Of a stretch of DNA of 64,000 nucleotides, positions 11,071-23,876 are shown piece by piece; position 1 is the stretch's first letter, and each line of letters starts with the position of its first letter. Position numbers and translations under genes: made by a program. This DNA is from Felis catus (Eukaryota), in the NCBI RefSeq assembly GCF_018350175.1, contig NC_058368.1, positions 174,036,001-174,100,000 of the forward strand, written 5' to 3'. The notes beneath the pieces were generated by a model. It was given only the letters and a program-made list of their open reading frames with translations, was not told the DNA's origin and searched no databases.

Positions 11071-14000
11071 TCCTAGTGGTTGCAGTTAAAGTCCTAGGCA
11101 GGGTTCTCACTGGTCATCCTTGGGTGACAAGGCTATCAGTCGGCCAATGGTTAGGAGAATGTGGCCTTCTCACTAAGGCCAAAGTGACCTCTGGTAGGTC
11201 ACGTCGTGACCATCACAGAACCAATCAAGTGGCTAAAAGATGTGGCCCTCTCATTGGTCACACCTGGGTCACATGACCATCACTGAACCAATCAAATGGC
11301 TAGGGGAATGTAGTCCTCTCACAGATCAGGCCTCTCACGTGACCAGAGGAGCCAGAACTACAAGGGTCTAGAGTGGAGGAAGGGTGGTCCCCCAAAGTGA
11401 TATTGGGGTCCTGCACCCAGTAAAGGGGGAGATGGCTGGCTGGCAAACCCAGTGGAGGTTCTTCATAGAGCCCCAGACAGGCCCATCCATCCGTCTCTTA
11501 TGACCTGGGGCTGAGGGAAGCCTGGGACACCTGAGCCGGGGGTCAGGAACGCTTTCCTGGAGCCCTTTAGTGAAAAGCATCTGGCCCAGGCAGCAGCATG
11601 CATGGCAGTACCATAGTCCGTAACAGTGGAGGAGCTATGCCAGTGAAGGGGTTTGCTTATGGTCAACTCTGTGGATGGGGTGGGCAGTGTCCTATACCCT
11701 CCTCACGCTGTCCTGATTGCAGTTTGGAGCAAACAGTTACGATGGAAGCATCTGAGCTTCCATGATTCGTGGGCTGGCCATAGGCTCCACCCGACCAGGC
11801 CTTCCAGGGATTCGCCAGTGGTTAAGCAAGAAGAGGAAACGAGTTTTACAAATTAGTACCAACACCTGGAGGGACAGACCCAGCCCAGGGGAAACCATAT
11901 AGGGAGTCCAGTCCCCACAGCATCCACTGATGCATTGTGCAGAGAAACCTCTGTTTGCAGGGTAACCACCACATCCTGATTGGACATCTCGCCTTGCCAA
12001 GGAGGGCAATTTGAAACATTCTGGTATATAATGTATTGCAAACATTCTGTGGTATAGGCCCTGTGTCAAGTGCTTTACATATATGACCTCCTTTCATCCT
12101 CCCTGCACTGAGGGAGTATCATTGTCCCCATTTTACAGACAAACGAACCAAGACTCGAGGATGTTAGGAAACTTCTCCCAAGATCACATACTAAGAGGGA
12201 ACACTTCCCATCTGATGTCCAAGCCCTGGTTCTTCTGAGCTGGGCCTCCTTTGATGCTGGGGACCAGAGACCCAGTTGCAACCCAACCCCCCCTCCCACC
12301 CCCAAAACGTGGCAGGTGAGCTGAGCTGCGTGTCTCCCACAGTTACTCAGCAGATGTTCTGAGGATGCTCAAAGATGAGGCACAGGATGGGGCTTCACTT
12401 TCTGGTCCCAGGGTCTCCTGCCCCAGACAGTTCCCTTGTGGCTTCTCCCAGAGTCCAGAGCTTCGTTTTTTATCTGAAGCCTGGCAATTTGGGGCCCAGA
12501 TGAGGCCCCTAGGCCTGAGTGCTTCAGTGGGGAGGATGGGAGGTTTCAGAGAGGGACAAGAGGGGTGGGAGTAGGCGGGGAGGGGTAGAGCCCAAGGACT
12601 CAGAGGAGGTGGGAGACAGGGAGGCAGCTTCATTAGTCTGTCCCCAGGGAACTTGGCAGCCAGTTATTAGGCACTCTCTAGGATGGTGAGCTTGGCAGAT
12701 GAGGGAAGAAAACAACATGGGAGTTGTGGGTGTGGGCTGGGGTTGGTTCTGCCTCTTCTGGACCAGGGGATCCCTTCTTTTCATCATATGAGGGGAGGGC
12801 TGAGGTTCTCCAGGGCCTAAACCTGTCACCATGGTGCAAGCCCCTCCTTGACAGCAGGGACAGTGTCATGAGCATCCTTGGATGCAGGAAAGGAACTGAA
12901 CTGACGCCAGTGCTGGTCCCTAGGGCACCTTGACGGTGCACTCCCCCACTGAGGCTTCTTGGCTACTATGGTGGTTGCGCCAAGGCTGTGGTGTCTACTG
13001 GACCCTTACCCTCTGTCCCGTGTCTGAGAATCCCACCAGTCCTACTTGTAGTCTTGAGGCTACGTACTGTTGCTCCCATACTGTAGACCCATCTCCCTTA
13101 TCATTTTCCCTTTTCTCCAGTAGAAAGAAATCTGTTAAGTTTCCCTCAGACTTCTTCTCTTCTCCTCTCCCACCAGCCCCTTGGCCTTGAAAGTTATCAG
13201 TGATGACTTAAACCCTACTTGCAGCTCAGACTCTTTGCTGAGCAGCTGCCTCCTGGGCATCTCCCAGGGGTGCTCCTGGGCTCCACAGACTCTACCGCTT
13301 CTCATCCGCCTACCCTGCTCTGCCTCTGTGGCATCCCATCTTGGAGAAGGGCTCCACTGTCTGCCCCCTAGCCCAGCCCAGGGCACACACAGTCGCTCCC
13401 AACTCTCTTCTTCCCCTGACCTACCACAGGTAAGCCAAACCTTTACTAGCTTTCCACCAACTCTTTTAACTACCTTCTTCATGGCTGTGCTCTGGTTCAC
13501 TCACCTTTCCTTCTTTCCTGGAGTCTCCACATTGATCTCTGAGCCCCTGGTTGACCATCCATGCTGCCTGTCCATAGCTCTCTCCTGTTTTAAAATTCTC
13601 AGTGGCTCCCCCAGCACCCCCAGATGAAATCTGTACTCCTTGTCTTAGCATTCTGAGCTCCATGTGGCCTGGCCCCTACTGCAGCCTCTGCTTCCACACC
13701 TCCTCCAACACTTTGCATGTTCCAGTTCCCACAGTGTTCCATGTTCCCTCCACCCTGAGTCTTTGCTCATGCTGTTCTCTCTCCCAGGAATGTCTCTCCC
13801 CACTTTTGGTTGTAAGTACACTCAGCTTTTGACTCCTCCAGGAAATGCTCCCTGAACATGTGCCCACTCCCCGCCTTCAGCAGGTCTAGGTGTCTCTGTT
13901 GTGGGCTCTTATAACATCCCACATATTTCTACATCATGGCGCTTAGCACTCTCAGTTACAGTTGACTGCAGATCTGTCTTCTGCCCTCTGCTAGCTGTGG

Positions 14001-14150
14001 GAGCTTGGAGAGCCAGGGTTGGGTATCTTGCTGGTCGCGCTCTCTAGCATCCACCTGAGTCAGTCCTGTGGTATATGCTTAAGCAGGGCTGCAGAAGAAA
14101 TGAAATGTCTACCAATCTCTCAAATGTCAACATCAGGGTATTTTGATGTA

Positions 14151-14653
14151 TGTATTAGTTTCCTATCCCTGCTGTAACAAATTACTACAAGCTTAGTAGC
14201 AATGCAAATTTAGTCTACAATTCTAGAGATCAGAAATCTGATGGGGCCTGGTCTCACTGTGCCCAAATCAAAGGGTGGACAGGTCTGGGTTTCTTCTGGA
14301 GGCTCTAAGGGAGAATCTATTTCCTTGTCTTTTCCAGTTTCCGGGGCCTTTTCCACTTACCTTGGCTTGTGGGCACTTTCTCCATTTCAAAGCCACCAAT
14401 GTTGGGCTGGGTCCTTCTCATGGTACCATCTCTCTTTTCTGCCTCCCTCTTTCACTTTTAAGGACCCTGGTGATTACAATGAGCCCAACTGGAAAATCCA
14501 GTATAATCTCCCTATTTTAAGGTCAGCTTATTAGCAACCTTAATTTCATTTGCAGCCTTAATTCCTCTTTGCCATGTAAATTAACAAGATATTCACAGGT
14601 TCGAGGGATTAGGACATGGACATCTCTGGGTGGCCACTGTCCTGCCCATCACA
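14151..14653 (-). mobile_element. MaLR solo LTR (MLT1-like)
   Basis: Starts tgtattagtttcctat...ctgctgtaacaaattactacaa and ends ...cccatcaca, typical MLT1 termini. Confidence 0.8.
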
Positions 14654-16121
14654 ATAAGGAAGAAGCTGGAGAAGCCAGTGCCATGTGGGGAGAGGTACCC
14701 CTCTGTGAGACTCTAAGAATGGGGGACACCAGGGGCAAAAGGACAGTCAGGGTCAGATAGCAGGATGATTTGATGCAGGTTAAGAGAGTTCTGGGAGAGC
14801 CAGAAAGGGATTTCCGCCTGTCATGGTCAAACCTGCAAGTGGTAGAAACCCAGCCAAAACTGGCTTTAAGGACCAGGGGGATTTACTGACACATGAGACT
14901 AAAACATCACACACAGGTAAGAATGCCTCCAAGTACAGCTGGGTTGGGGGTCAGAGGATGTCCCACAACTCCACTTCCCTCTACCTCCCAAATCTCCTTT
15001 CAATCCCAGCTTGGCTTTATTCTCAGTCCACATGAGATGGCAACATAGCAGCAGTCACTGCCACCCCCAGCCTCCAGGTTTAAGTGAGCCAGAGCAACTG
15101 CCACCTCTCAGCAGGTCTCCCTGCCCTGCCTTGCCTTGCCTGGGTCTTGAGTCTAGCTCCCAACCAATCATGGGGCCAGGGGGCTGGATTTCACTCAAAT
15201 CATGGGTAGATAACAGAGGAAGAGTGGGTTCCTAAAGGAAATTCTGATGGCTGTTTTCCCCGATGGGTGATGCTCCCTGCATTCTCTTAGGGAGACAGGA
15301 TTAAGAGGAGACCTGGGTCCTGATTCTGGTTCCTCTGCTAACTTGCTGCTGTGTGACTTTGAGCGAGTTACTTATTAACCTCTCTGGGCCTGACTGTAGA
15401 ATGAGGGGGTGAGGTGGGATGCCCTCTAAGGGACCTTACCACTCAGAGGCCTTTCCCATCTGTTTAGCCCATCTGTTTTCTTGTGAGTCTAGATACTAGT
15501 GGTAAAGATCCTTAGAAAACCTGGTAGTCGGAGAAGTAGTAGGGGAAGCTGCTCAGAGTGGAGCCAAGTTTGGGATCTGTGGCAGGGCCAGGGAGGTGGG
15601 CTAGAGCACGTGAAGTGCTGGGTTCATGGGACAGTTGGGGGCCTGAGCAAATGGCCAGTGACTATTAAGACTTGGGGCTTGTCTGTTGCCAGGGTCAAAC
15701 CTCACTCTGCTTGTATCGAGCTTAGCGCGTGGCCACGGTTGGGGTTGTTGTGTGAGTTGGCATCACTGTGTGGCTGTGGTAAAGACTCAGTCTGGGTCCA
15801 GGCTGGGGATCAGAAGCTGGTCAGCAGGAGACAGGGCAGATGCTGTCAACTGGTGTATGGGGGAGCCAGGTGTCACACAAAAGTGACTGGCCACATGTGA
15901 CTTCTCAATTATTCTCACCTAACATATTATATATTTTACTTATTCTTTTGTTTTTTGTCTGCTTCCTTTTACTAGAATGTCAATTCCCTGAGGACAACCA
16001 CTTTGTTCTCTAGCTCCTAGAACAGTGCCTGGCACATCGTAGGTGCTCAATAAATAGTTGTCTGAATAATGCAGAGGTATGTGCATGCAGGTGAGGCCAA
16101 TGCTGTGTGCATTAGATTACC

Positions 16122-16298
16122 AGTTCCCCAACCTTGCCATTCATTTGAACCACCAGGAGATCTTATAAGAACGCCAATGCCCAGGGTACAGCCCTTACCA
16201 GTTGAGTCAGAATATCTGGGGGACCAGACTAGGCACTGGTATTTTTAAAAAATTGCCAGATAGTCCCACTTGCTGCACAGTTTGAGAGGTGCTCACTG
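16122..16298. mobile_element. MER5-like hAT-Charlie relic
   Basis: cagttccccaacctt...tcagaatatctgggg...ggtatttttaaaaa...tttgagaggtgctcactg. A similar relic lies at ~41455-41655. Confidence 0.6.
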
Positions 16299-17160
16299 CA
16301 TTAGACCACGTGAAGTGTGGGGTGGGGAGTATGTGCCGCCTCATGAGGACACACACACGGTGGTTCTGGGTGGTAGGATGGAGACTTTTTGTCCTAGATC
16401 TCTATCACATTCTCCGGACACCCGCCACGGAGGTGATTACTTTGCTCTCAAAATGGATTTTGGCCGCGAGTCAAGAAGAGCTCTCGCTTCCCAGCTAAAC
16501 GATGGCAAATCAATTTGAGGACTCTGCTGGAGCTGCTGATTAGGGCTGGCAGCCAGGGAGCCCTCTGGCTGTCAGAGCCATGGCAGGACTCAGCTAGGCC
16601 TTTGAGAGGAGGTGGCAGGCAGGAGCTGGGACCAGCCTTGGGGTCCAAGAACCCAGCCTTCTCCTGGGGGACATGGGAAGCCTAGATGGGGCTGCTGTCC
16701 ACTTTGGGAGTGCAATCTCCATTTATTTAGGACAGCAATATTAATAGTATTAGTCATCATTTATTAAGAACTTGTATGTGCTGGGCACTTTAATACATTT
16801 GTTGCCATAATTGGGCAATGCAAGTATTATTATCCTTTAGTATGGAGTCCCTGAGAGGTGAAATAATGTGTTCAAGATCAAATGGCTTCCACATAACAAG
16901 TCAGGCTTATAACCAGGTCTGCTTGGGGAAAAACCCAAATGTTTTCTCATGATGCTCTGTTGTGTGTTCGTGTACATGTCTGGACTCTGAGCTCTCATGA
17001 CCATATCGGATTCAGGTTTAAAAGGCAGCTCCTATCCCAGTGTTTGGCCATGGGGAGTTTGCTGGAGGAAGAAAGGAATGAGGACATGTTTGCTGAGTGG
17101 ATGGATGAATGAAAGAGTAGTTGCTGACTAGGGACAGAAGGTGGGATGAGGTATGCGTGG

Positions 17161-17558
17161 TGAGGTAGGCAGCCTCCAAGATGGCCTGCAGCCCCCAGTG
17201 ATCGTCCCTCCTGCTGTTCATGCCCTGTGTAGTATCCTCCTACATTGAATCAGAGCTGGTTTGTGTGACCAACAGAATACTGGAGAAGCGATGGTGTGAC
17301 TTTCGAGGCTAGGTCATGAAAGACATTGCATCTTCCACCTTGCTCTCTTGGATTACTCACTCCGGGAGAGACTAGCTTCCCTATCACGAGGACACTTCAG
17401 AAGCCCTTTGGAGAGGGAGACTTCTGCCATAAAGCCAGTGCCAGTTTGGCAGCAATGTGATGGAGGCGTCTTGGAGGTGGATCCTCAAGCCCTAGTTAAG
17501 ACTTCAGATGAGACCTCAGCCCCAGCTGACATCTTTTTTTTTATGTTTATTTATTTTT

Positions 17559-17599
<41 letters not shown>

Positions 17600-17921
17600 C
17601 AGGGGAGGGGCAGAGAGAGGTGGGGACAGAAGACCCAAAGCAGGCTCTGTGCTGATAGCAGAGAGTCAGATGCAGGGCTCGAACTCATGAACTGTGAGAT
17701 CATGACCTGAGCCAAAGTTGGATGCTTAACCAACTGAACCACCCAGGTGCCCCCCAGCTGACATCTTAATTGCAACTTTATGAGAGACCCCAATCCATAA
17801 ATAGCCATGAAGCTACAACAGAATTTTTTGACTCTCAGAAACTGTGAGAGAAAAAGAAATGTTTGTTTCACGCTACTAAGTTTTGGGATAATTTGTTATG
17901 CAACAACAGATAACTCATGCA
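17161..17921 (+). mobile_element. MaLR solo LTR (MLT1E/F-like), split by a Can-SINE
   Basis: tgaggtaggcagcctccaagatggcc start and ...atttgttatgcaacaacagataactcatgca end. Confidence 0.8.
17536..17753 (-). mobile_element. Can-SINE inserted into an MLT1 LTR
   Basis: Can-SINE body; TSD ccagctgacatctt at 17522-17535 and 17754-17767. Confidence 0.92.
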
Positions 17922-18396
17922 TATTGCTAAGTCTTTTGAGCTGATGAGAGCTTCCTGGAATAGGCAGTTTATTCCCTCCTGTCCCCTTTCTCACTTGTGA
18001 CTCCTGCCTCTCAGTTTATTTTGTATGTATTACAGTAAAAAGACATGAGAGTTGGTCTTAAATCCAGGTTCCCAGTTTACTCTTTGGATGACCTGAGGAT
18101 TTTTATTGAAATTAATTCTTCTCCTTATCCCTTTTTACTTTTTATCCCTCCTTTCCTATCCTTTTTTCTTGTCTTCATCAGTCTTGCCATAGTAAGAGTA
18201 GCATTTTGTAGTAATGGCTGTCATTGTTTAAGTAACTGTTATGCACCAGGCACTGTGTTAGGGGATCCACAGACATTATTTAATTTAGTTCCCTTAATTG
18301 GTGGTGGTGGTGGGGTTAGTTATTATTGTATTCTATTATTTTGTTTTTTATTTTAATTCCAGTATAGATAACATACATTATATACTCATTTATTTT

Positions 18397-18634
18397 ATTT
18401 TATTTTATTATTTTTTTTAAATGTTTTTTTTCAACGTTTATTTATTTTTGGGACAGAGAGAGACAGAGCATGAACGGGGGAGGGGCAGAGAGAGAGGGAG
18501 ACACAGAATCGGAAACAGGCTCCAGGCTCTGAGTTGTCAGCACAGAGCCCGATGCGGGGCTCGAACTCACGGACCGCGAGATCGTGACCTGGCTGAAGTC
18601 GGACGCTTAACCGACTGTGCCACCCAGGCGCCCC
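18397..18634 (-). mobile_element. Young feline Can-SINE
   Basis: CpG-intact body; perfect TSD tatactcatttatttt at 18381-18396 and 18635-18650. Confidence 0.95.
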
Positions 18635-21019
18635 TATACTCATTTATTTTAAATAGATAAGGAGACCAAGGTCCAGAGAGTCACATGCCCAAGACCGGAC
18701 AGAAAGAATCAATATTCCAAGCCAGGTTTGTCTGCAAACCAAAGCCTATGCTCATTTCCATTATACGTCTCTACTTCTGAGCCCCAGTGTTGTAATATGT
18801 AACATGGGCATAATTCTGACCTCACAGGTCCCTGTCAGGATGAGCAAAGGTGGTGCCTTTAGAGCAACAACCCTATTATGGCATGGAGCGAGGGCCTAGT
18901 AAGTGGGAGGCTTCCTTGATCTCCCTATTTTCCCCTCCCCACTTATGTACTTTATGATGGGCTATGCTAGCCCTTGTATAGACAGGGTCACGTCATTGCC
19001 TGTCACTGCAGTACCAACAGGGAGTTGATGAGACCGATGGGCCTGCCCCAGGATGGACGGGGTGCATGCCTGGGTCTGGAATCCAAGGAGATGGTAGCAC
19101 TAGCAGCTCTTGCTCACCCACTGACCCTTACCTTGTGCTAGCCCTGTTCCTGCCCCAGCTCACACAGAGATGAAGGAAGGAAGGAACACGCATTCAAACC
19201 TAGGTCAGTACCTGTGGAGAGGCCATTGTGTAGAGATGGCTCCAGCTGGAGGATCCCAGCTGAGAAAACGTTGGGGGGTGGGGAGGGATATTGAATCATC
19301 TCTTAGATCAGGCAAGAAATCCCAATTAATTACAAGTGCTAAGTGAGTGGTCTGGAAGCAGACTTTTGCAGTCAATTAAAGGGATGCTGGAGGAAGCTTC
19401 ATTAACCCCCTGCCTCCTGGCAACTTTTGGTTTAGGAGAAAGAAGGCATCTGTCTGTAATGACACACTGTGGGGAATGCAAGCAGAGAGTGCCCTCCACC
19501 AAAGATGGCACAAGAGGGACTCCTGGGTTGCATGGAAGGATGGATTCGTGATGTCCTATGCTTTGATCCCTGTGGTAAATGAAGTAGTAAAGACATTGCT
19601 CCATTTGGAGGCCAGCCCATGCACAGTGCAGTTTGTGCTTTTCTTGTCCTTCTCCAGCATGGACAGCAGAATGGCCACTAGACTCTCCCCGGGTGCCTCC
19701 AACACAGAAGCCCCAAACTAAACTCATTATCTTCCCCCAAACCTGTCTCCGCAAATTTTTCAGATCTTGAAGAATGGAGCCACCCAAAATGGAGACACGG
19801 GCTTTGGCCTCAACCCCTTCCTGTTCCATGCCCTACACATTCAATCCTTAAGTCCTGCCAATCTGCCCTCCTATGTAGTACCCCCAGTTTATCTGTTTCT
19901 CTCAGGCCCTTTGCCATTGCCTAAGGTCGGGCCTTACCATCTCCAGCCTTGACATTGTACTAGCTCCTTCTTGGAGCCCAGTTCATTCTCCTCCCAGCCC
20001 TCATGATCTTTCTCAATCTGCCCACCTGATCGTATCACACCTCTGCTCAAGACCCTTCAGTGGCTCCCCATGGTCTGCAGGGAGAGCCCAAGCTCCATCT
20101 CCTGGCACCCTGGTTGATGTCCCCAGGCTTTCAGCTTTTCATCAAGAATTTAATAAGCTCCTGCAGATGTCCCCTGCTTCTCCCTCCTTGACACCCACCA
20201 CCCATGCTCAGACTACTTTTGTCTCCTCCCTGCTTTTGCTCATGCCAGCCCTTCCGCCTGGAGTGCCCTCCTTCTCTACCAGGTTGACTTCTCATTTAAG
20301 ACTCATCTGAGATATTGCCTCCTCCCGGAAGCCTTCCCCAAGCATCCTGAGTTTGCTTTTATCACTGCACATGTTATGGTGGCTAATTGGCCTATTTATC
20401 TGCCTGTCTCCTCCTTTAGCAGGTAGATTCCTGGTAGAAAGGGCTGTGTGATTGGTGTTCTCGGTGTCTAGTGTGTGATTGGTGTTCTTGGTGCTTAGCA
20501 AGTGGTAGGAGCTCAGTAAGTGCTATTGAAGAAAGGGTTAAGACTATGAGGGGAAGACCTTTGGGACTAACAGTGAGAGGATGCTGTCATTTCCCGACTG
20601 GGGCACAGGATTCTGTGGGGTGCCACTGAGTGTCAAGGAGGGGCAAAGTGGGCAGAGAGAAGCATCTGAGTGTCTGGGGCTGAGTTGTTTACTGAGGAGG
20701 GACCTGAGTCTTGAAAGGACAGTGTCTCGTGTGCTGATAGAGCACACAGATGGACTTCTAGGGAAGCCCAAAGACCTTGTGTTCCATTTCTCTCCAATCT
20801 TCATCCTTGGAAGGCCCTCAGAGCCTAGCCACTGACTCTGGGGATGGTCTCAGTCTTGCAGAGGCCTGAGGGGAACCAACTGTTGACCCTTATTCTGCTC
20901 TGACACATTTCCTTCTCCACTTGGGACCCTGTGGTAGATGAGGTTTGGTTCTGGCTCCTCTGAGGTCCTGCTCCACTCCTGCTTCTTTGTAGGGAAGGGG
21001 GGAGTTGCATCAGGCTCCA

Positions 21020-21559
21020 TGGGGGCAGACCCTAAGATGCCCCCCCGAGTGATCCCTGTCCTGTTACATCCTTGTGTAACCCTCTCCCTATGGGTGTGGG
21101 CAGGACCTATGACTTCTAACCAATAGAATATGGTAAAAGTGATGGGATGTACTTGCCCAATCAGGTTACATAACATTGAGGCTTCCATCTTATCAGCCTT
21201 CTCTGTTGCCTTCTTGGCTTGCACACTTGGATGAAGAAAGCTGCCATGTTGTGAGCTGCCCTAATGAAGGGGCCCACATAGTAAGAAATGAAGGACAGCC
21301 TCTGGCCAACAGCCAGCCAGGGACTGAGGCCCTCAATCCAACAGGAACTAAATCTTGGCAACAATCACGTGACCTTGAAAGTGGCCCTTGACATCAGTTG
21401 AGACCCCAGCCCTGGCCTGCACTTGACTGCAGCTTGGTGAGAGACCCTGAAAGCAGAGAGCCCTGGCCTCCTGTGAGAAACTGTGAGATAATAAATACAT
21501 GTTGCTTTAAGCCTCCAAGTGTGTGGTAATTTGTTATGCAGCAGTAGATAACTAATACA
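21020..21559 (+). mobile_element. MaLR solo LTR (MLT1-like)
   Basis: Ends gtggtaatttgttatgcagcagtagataactaataca; internal gacttctaaccaatagaatatgg. Confidence 0.8.
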
Positions 21560-23807
21560 GCCTCCCAGTGCACACTGAGCTCCCCTGACTCTGAGAGGCG
21601 AGGAGACCTGTTATCCTTAGTGCATTAGCCCAGACTTATGGGGAGATCTGGGAGAAAGGTAGGATGAGTGAGGTTAGGGCATAGGAGAGAAAGGGGTCAG
21701 GTTCTGCCTCCCCTCCCCCTATTGTCCAGTAGGTGCAGAGAGCTAGAGGAAAAGTGACTGTGGCCACCAAGCAGAGGAGAGGGAGATTGGTCGCTTGGAT
21801 CCTGAGTCAGCACTGGGGTTCCTAAGGACCCACTACAGGCTAGACTCTGCAGTGGGTGCTGGGAGGCATTGGGGCACCAGCCAGCATGACACCTAGAAGA
21901 GCTCCCAAGTTAGAGACAGACACTGCAGCGGCATAAATTGTAGTAGGATTTATAAGGTGCCATTCAGTGAATGGTTGGCACGCAGTGCTAAGAGTGTGCA
22001 TGTGTGACCCCATTTCTTCCTCACAACTGTGGAGGTCAAAACAATTATTATCCCATTTTACTTGCAAGCACACACTCAGAGGGGTTAAGTGGCTTGTTCA
22101 AGATCACTCTGCTGGGTGACAACCCTCTGGCAAACCAAGGGCTGCCTGAGCACATAGTTGTGATGCTCTGTGTGTTGTAAGCACAGCAACAAACCCCGCT
22201 GTGGGAAGGGGGATGGGGGGCTGTGTCAGGGTGGGCGTCACACAGGAGGTGACATCTTGCTGGATCTTGAGAATTTCAGGAGTACACCAGGGAGGGGAAG
22301 GGTACCATTCATTCCAGGCAGAGGGGAAAGACTCAGCATGTGCATACCATGTGTGCTTGGCTCAGAGTTGGGTGTGGGTCTAACCTAGTAGGTTGGGGTC
22401 ATATCTTACAGGGCCATTTTGACGATTTTGCTGTTGTCCTGACCACTGAAGGGTGCTGGGCAGGAGAGTGACATGGTTAAGTTTGTGTTTTGATGAGTCT
22501 TCCGGGCGAGGTGGGGTGATGGGGAGAGGATGGACAGAGGGAAGAGGCAGAAGCTGGGAGACTAGTATGTGGGGAATGGGAGGTGCCTAGACAAGTAGAG
22601 AAAAAGTGAGGCCCAGCTTAAGGCAGCGCAATGGTGGGGACAGCCGAGGGTGAAAGAAGGTTCTCGTCTTGTCCTGACTCAACAAGGTCTGGGAAGTGTC
22701 TGTGTCCAGGAACAATGCTGAGTGGCACCAGCTCCCACATACGGCCTGGCGGAGAGTAGGAACTCCCTCGGTGTTGGTGGGTGACCAGTAACAGACCTTT
22801 GCCCACCCACGGTTCTTGGCTTCATGTCGGCACGCCATATCCCAGGGAGCTTTCAGAGAAGGATGGCCAGAGATGGGGTGTGGGGTATTGTGACCAGGCT
22901 GGAACACCAGCTCTGGGGGGTTTTCGTACAGTTGAATTTGAAGGGCGGGAGGTGAGTGGCGCTGATCTCTGGGGGCGAGCCCTGACTCTGGCCTTCATTT
23001 GTTTCCAATGTCCCAGCCAGAAGTCAGGGTAAAATGGGAGGTTTTCTGAGACCTCTTGAACATTGCAGGTCAGCCCCCCTTGCCTTAGCTGGTGCCCCAT
23101 GTAACCCTGGTGGTGCCAACAGACAGAAAAGGACAGGCAGACTAAGAGTTGCTGTACAAGGTCTTTTCTTTGTTGTCATGGTTGGTTTGGTACATCTTAG
23201 CATCTGCGTCATACAAAGGGGGGAGCAACAGCCATGGCTTTTGGTCAGGTTCAGGGGGCATGAGGGGGTGCCCCTCCCCTCCCCCCAGGCACTGACACAT
23301 TTAAAGAAAGCAGAGCAACAAGGACACAGCACAGATGTGGGAAAGGGATTCCCCCGCGAGAGCAGGATGGTCGTCCTCACCTGGGTCTCACTAGGACCCC
23401 CACCCCCATCCCAGGGCCAGTGGGAGCACCTTCCAACCTCTCCCCAGTGAAGAAGGTGGGCAGCAGGAGCAGGGAGGGGAGTAGGGGACATGTGGGGGAA
23501 GGCATATCTTCAGGCATACCCTTATCTGAGCCATCTGATCCCCAGCTGCCTGTCCAGTCAAGGGCCTATGAGGCCCTCGAAGGATGGAGCAGTTGGGCGG
23601 TGGGGTGGGCAACCCTGCCATCTAGGGGCAGGACTCTCAGGACTGGGGCTCTAGCCATAGCCTGGTGGGGGTAGCTTCTTTCCTCATCAGGCCACCTGAG
23701 AGGGGCCTGGGCTGCTGAAATACTTCAGTTCACTATCTCTCCCCTTCTCTGTCTCTCTTCCCTCTGTGCCCTCCCTCCCTCTCTCTCCCCCTTTCTGTCT
23801 TGTCTCC

Positions 23808-23810
<3 letters not shown>

Positions 23811-23874
<64 letters not shown>
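23811..23874. repeat. (TC)18(AC)14 compound microsatellite in the probable 3' UTR
   Basis: Read directly. Confidence 0.95.
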
Positions 23875-23876
<2 letters not shown>

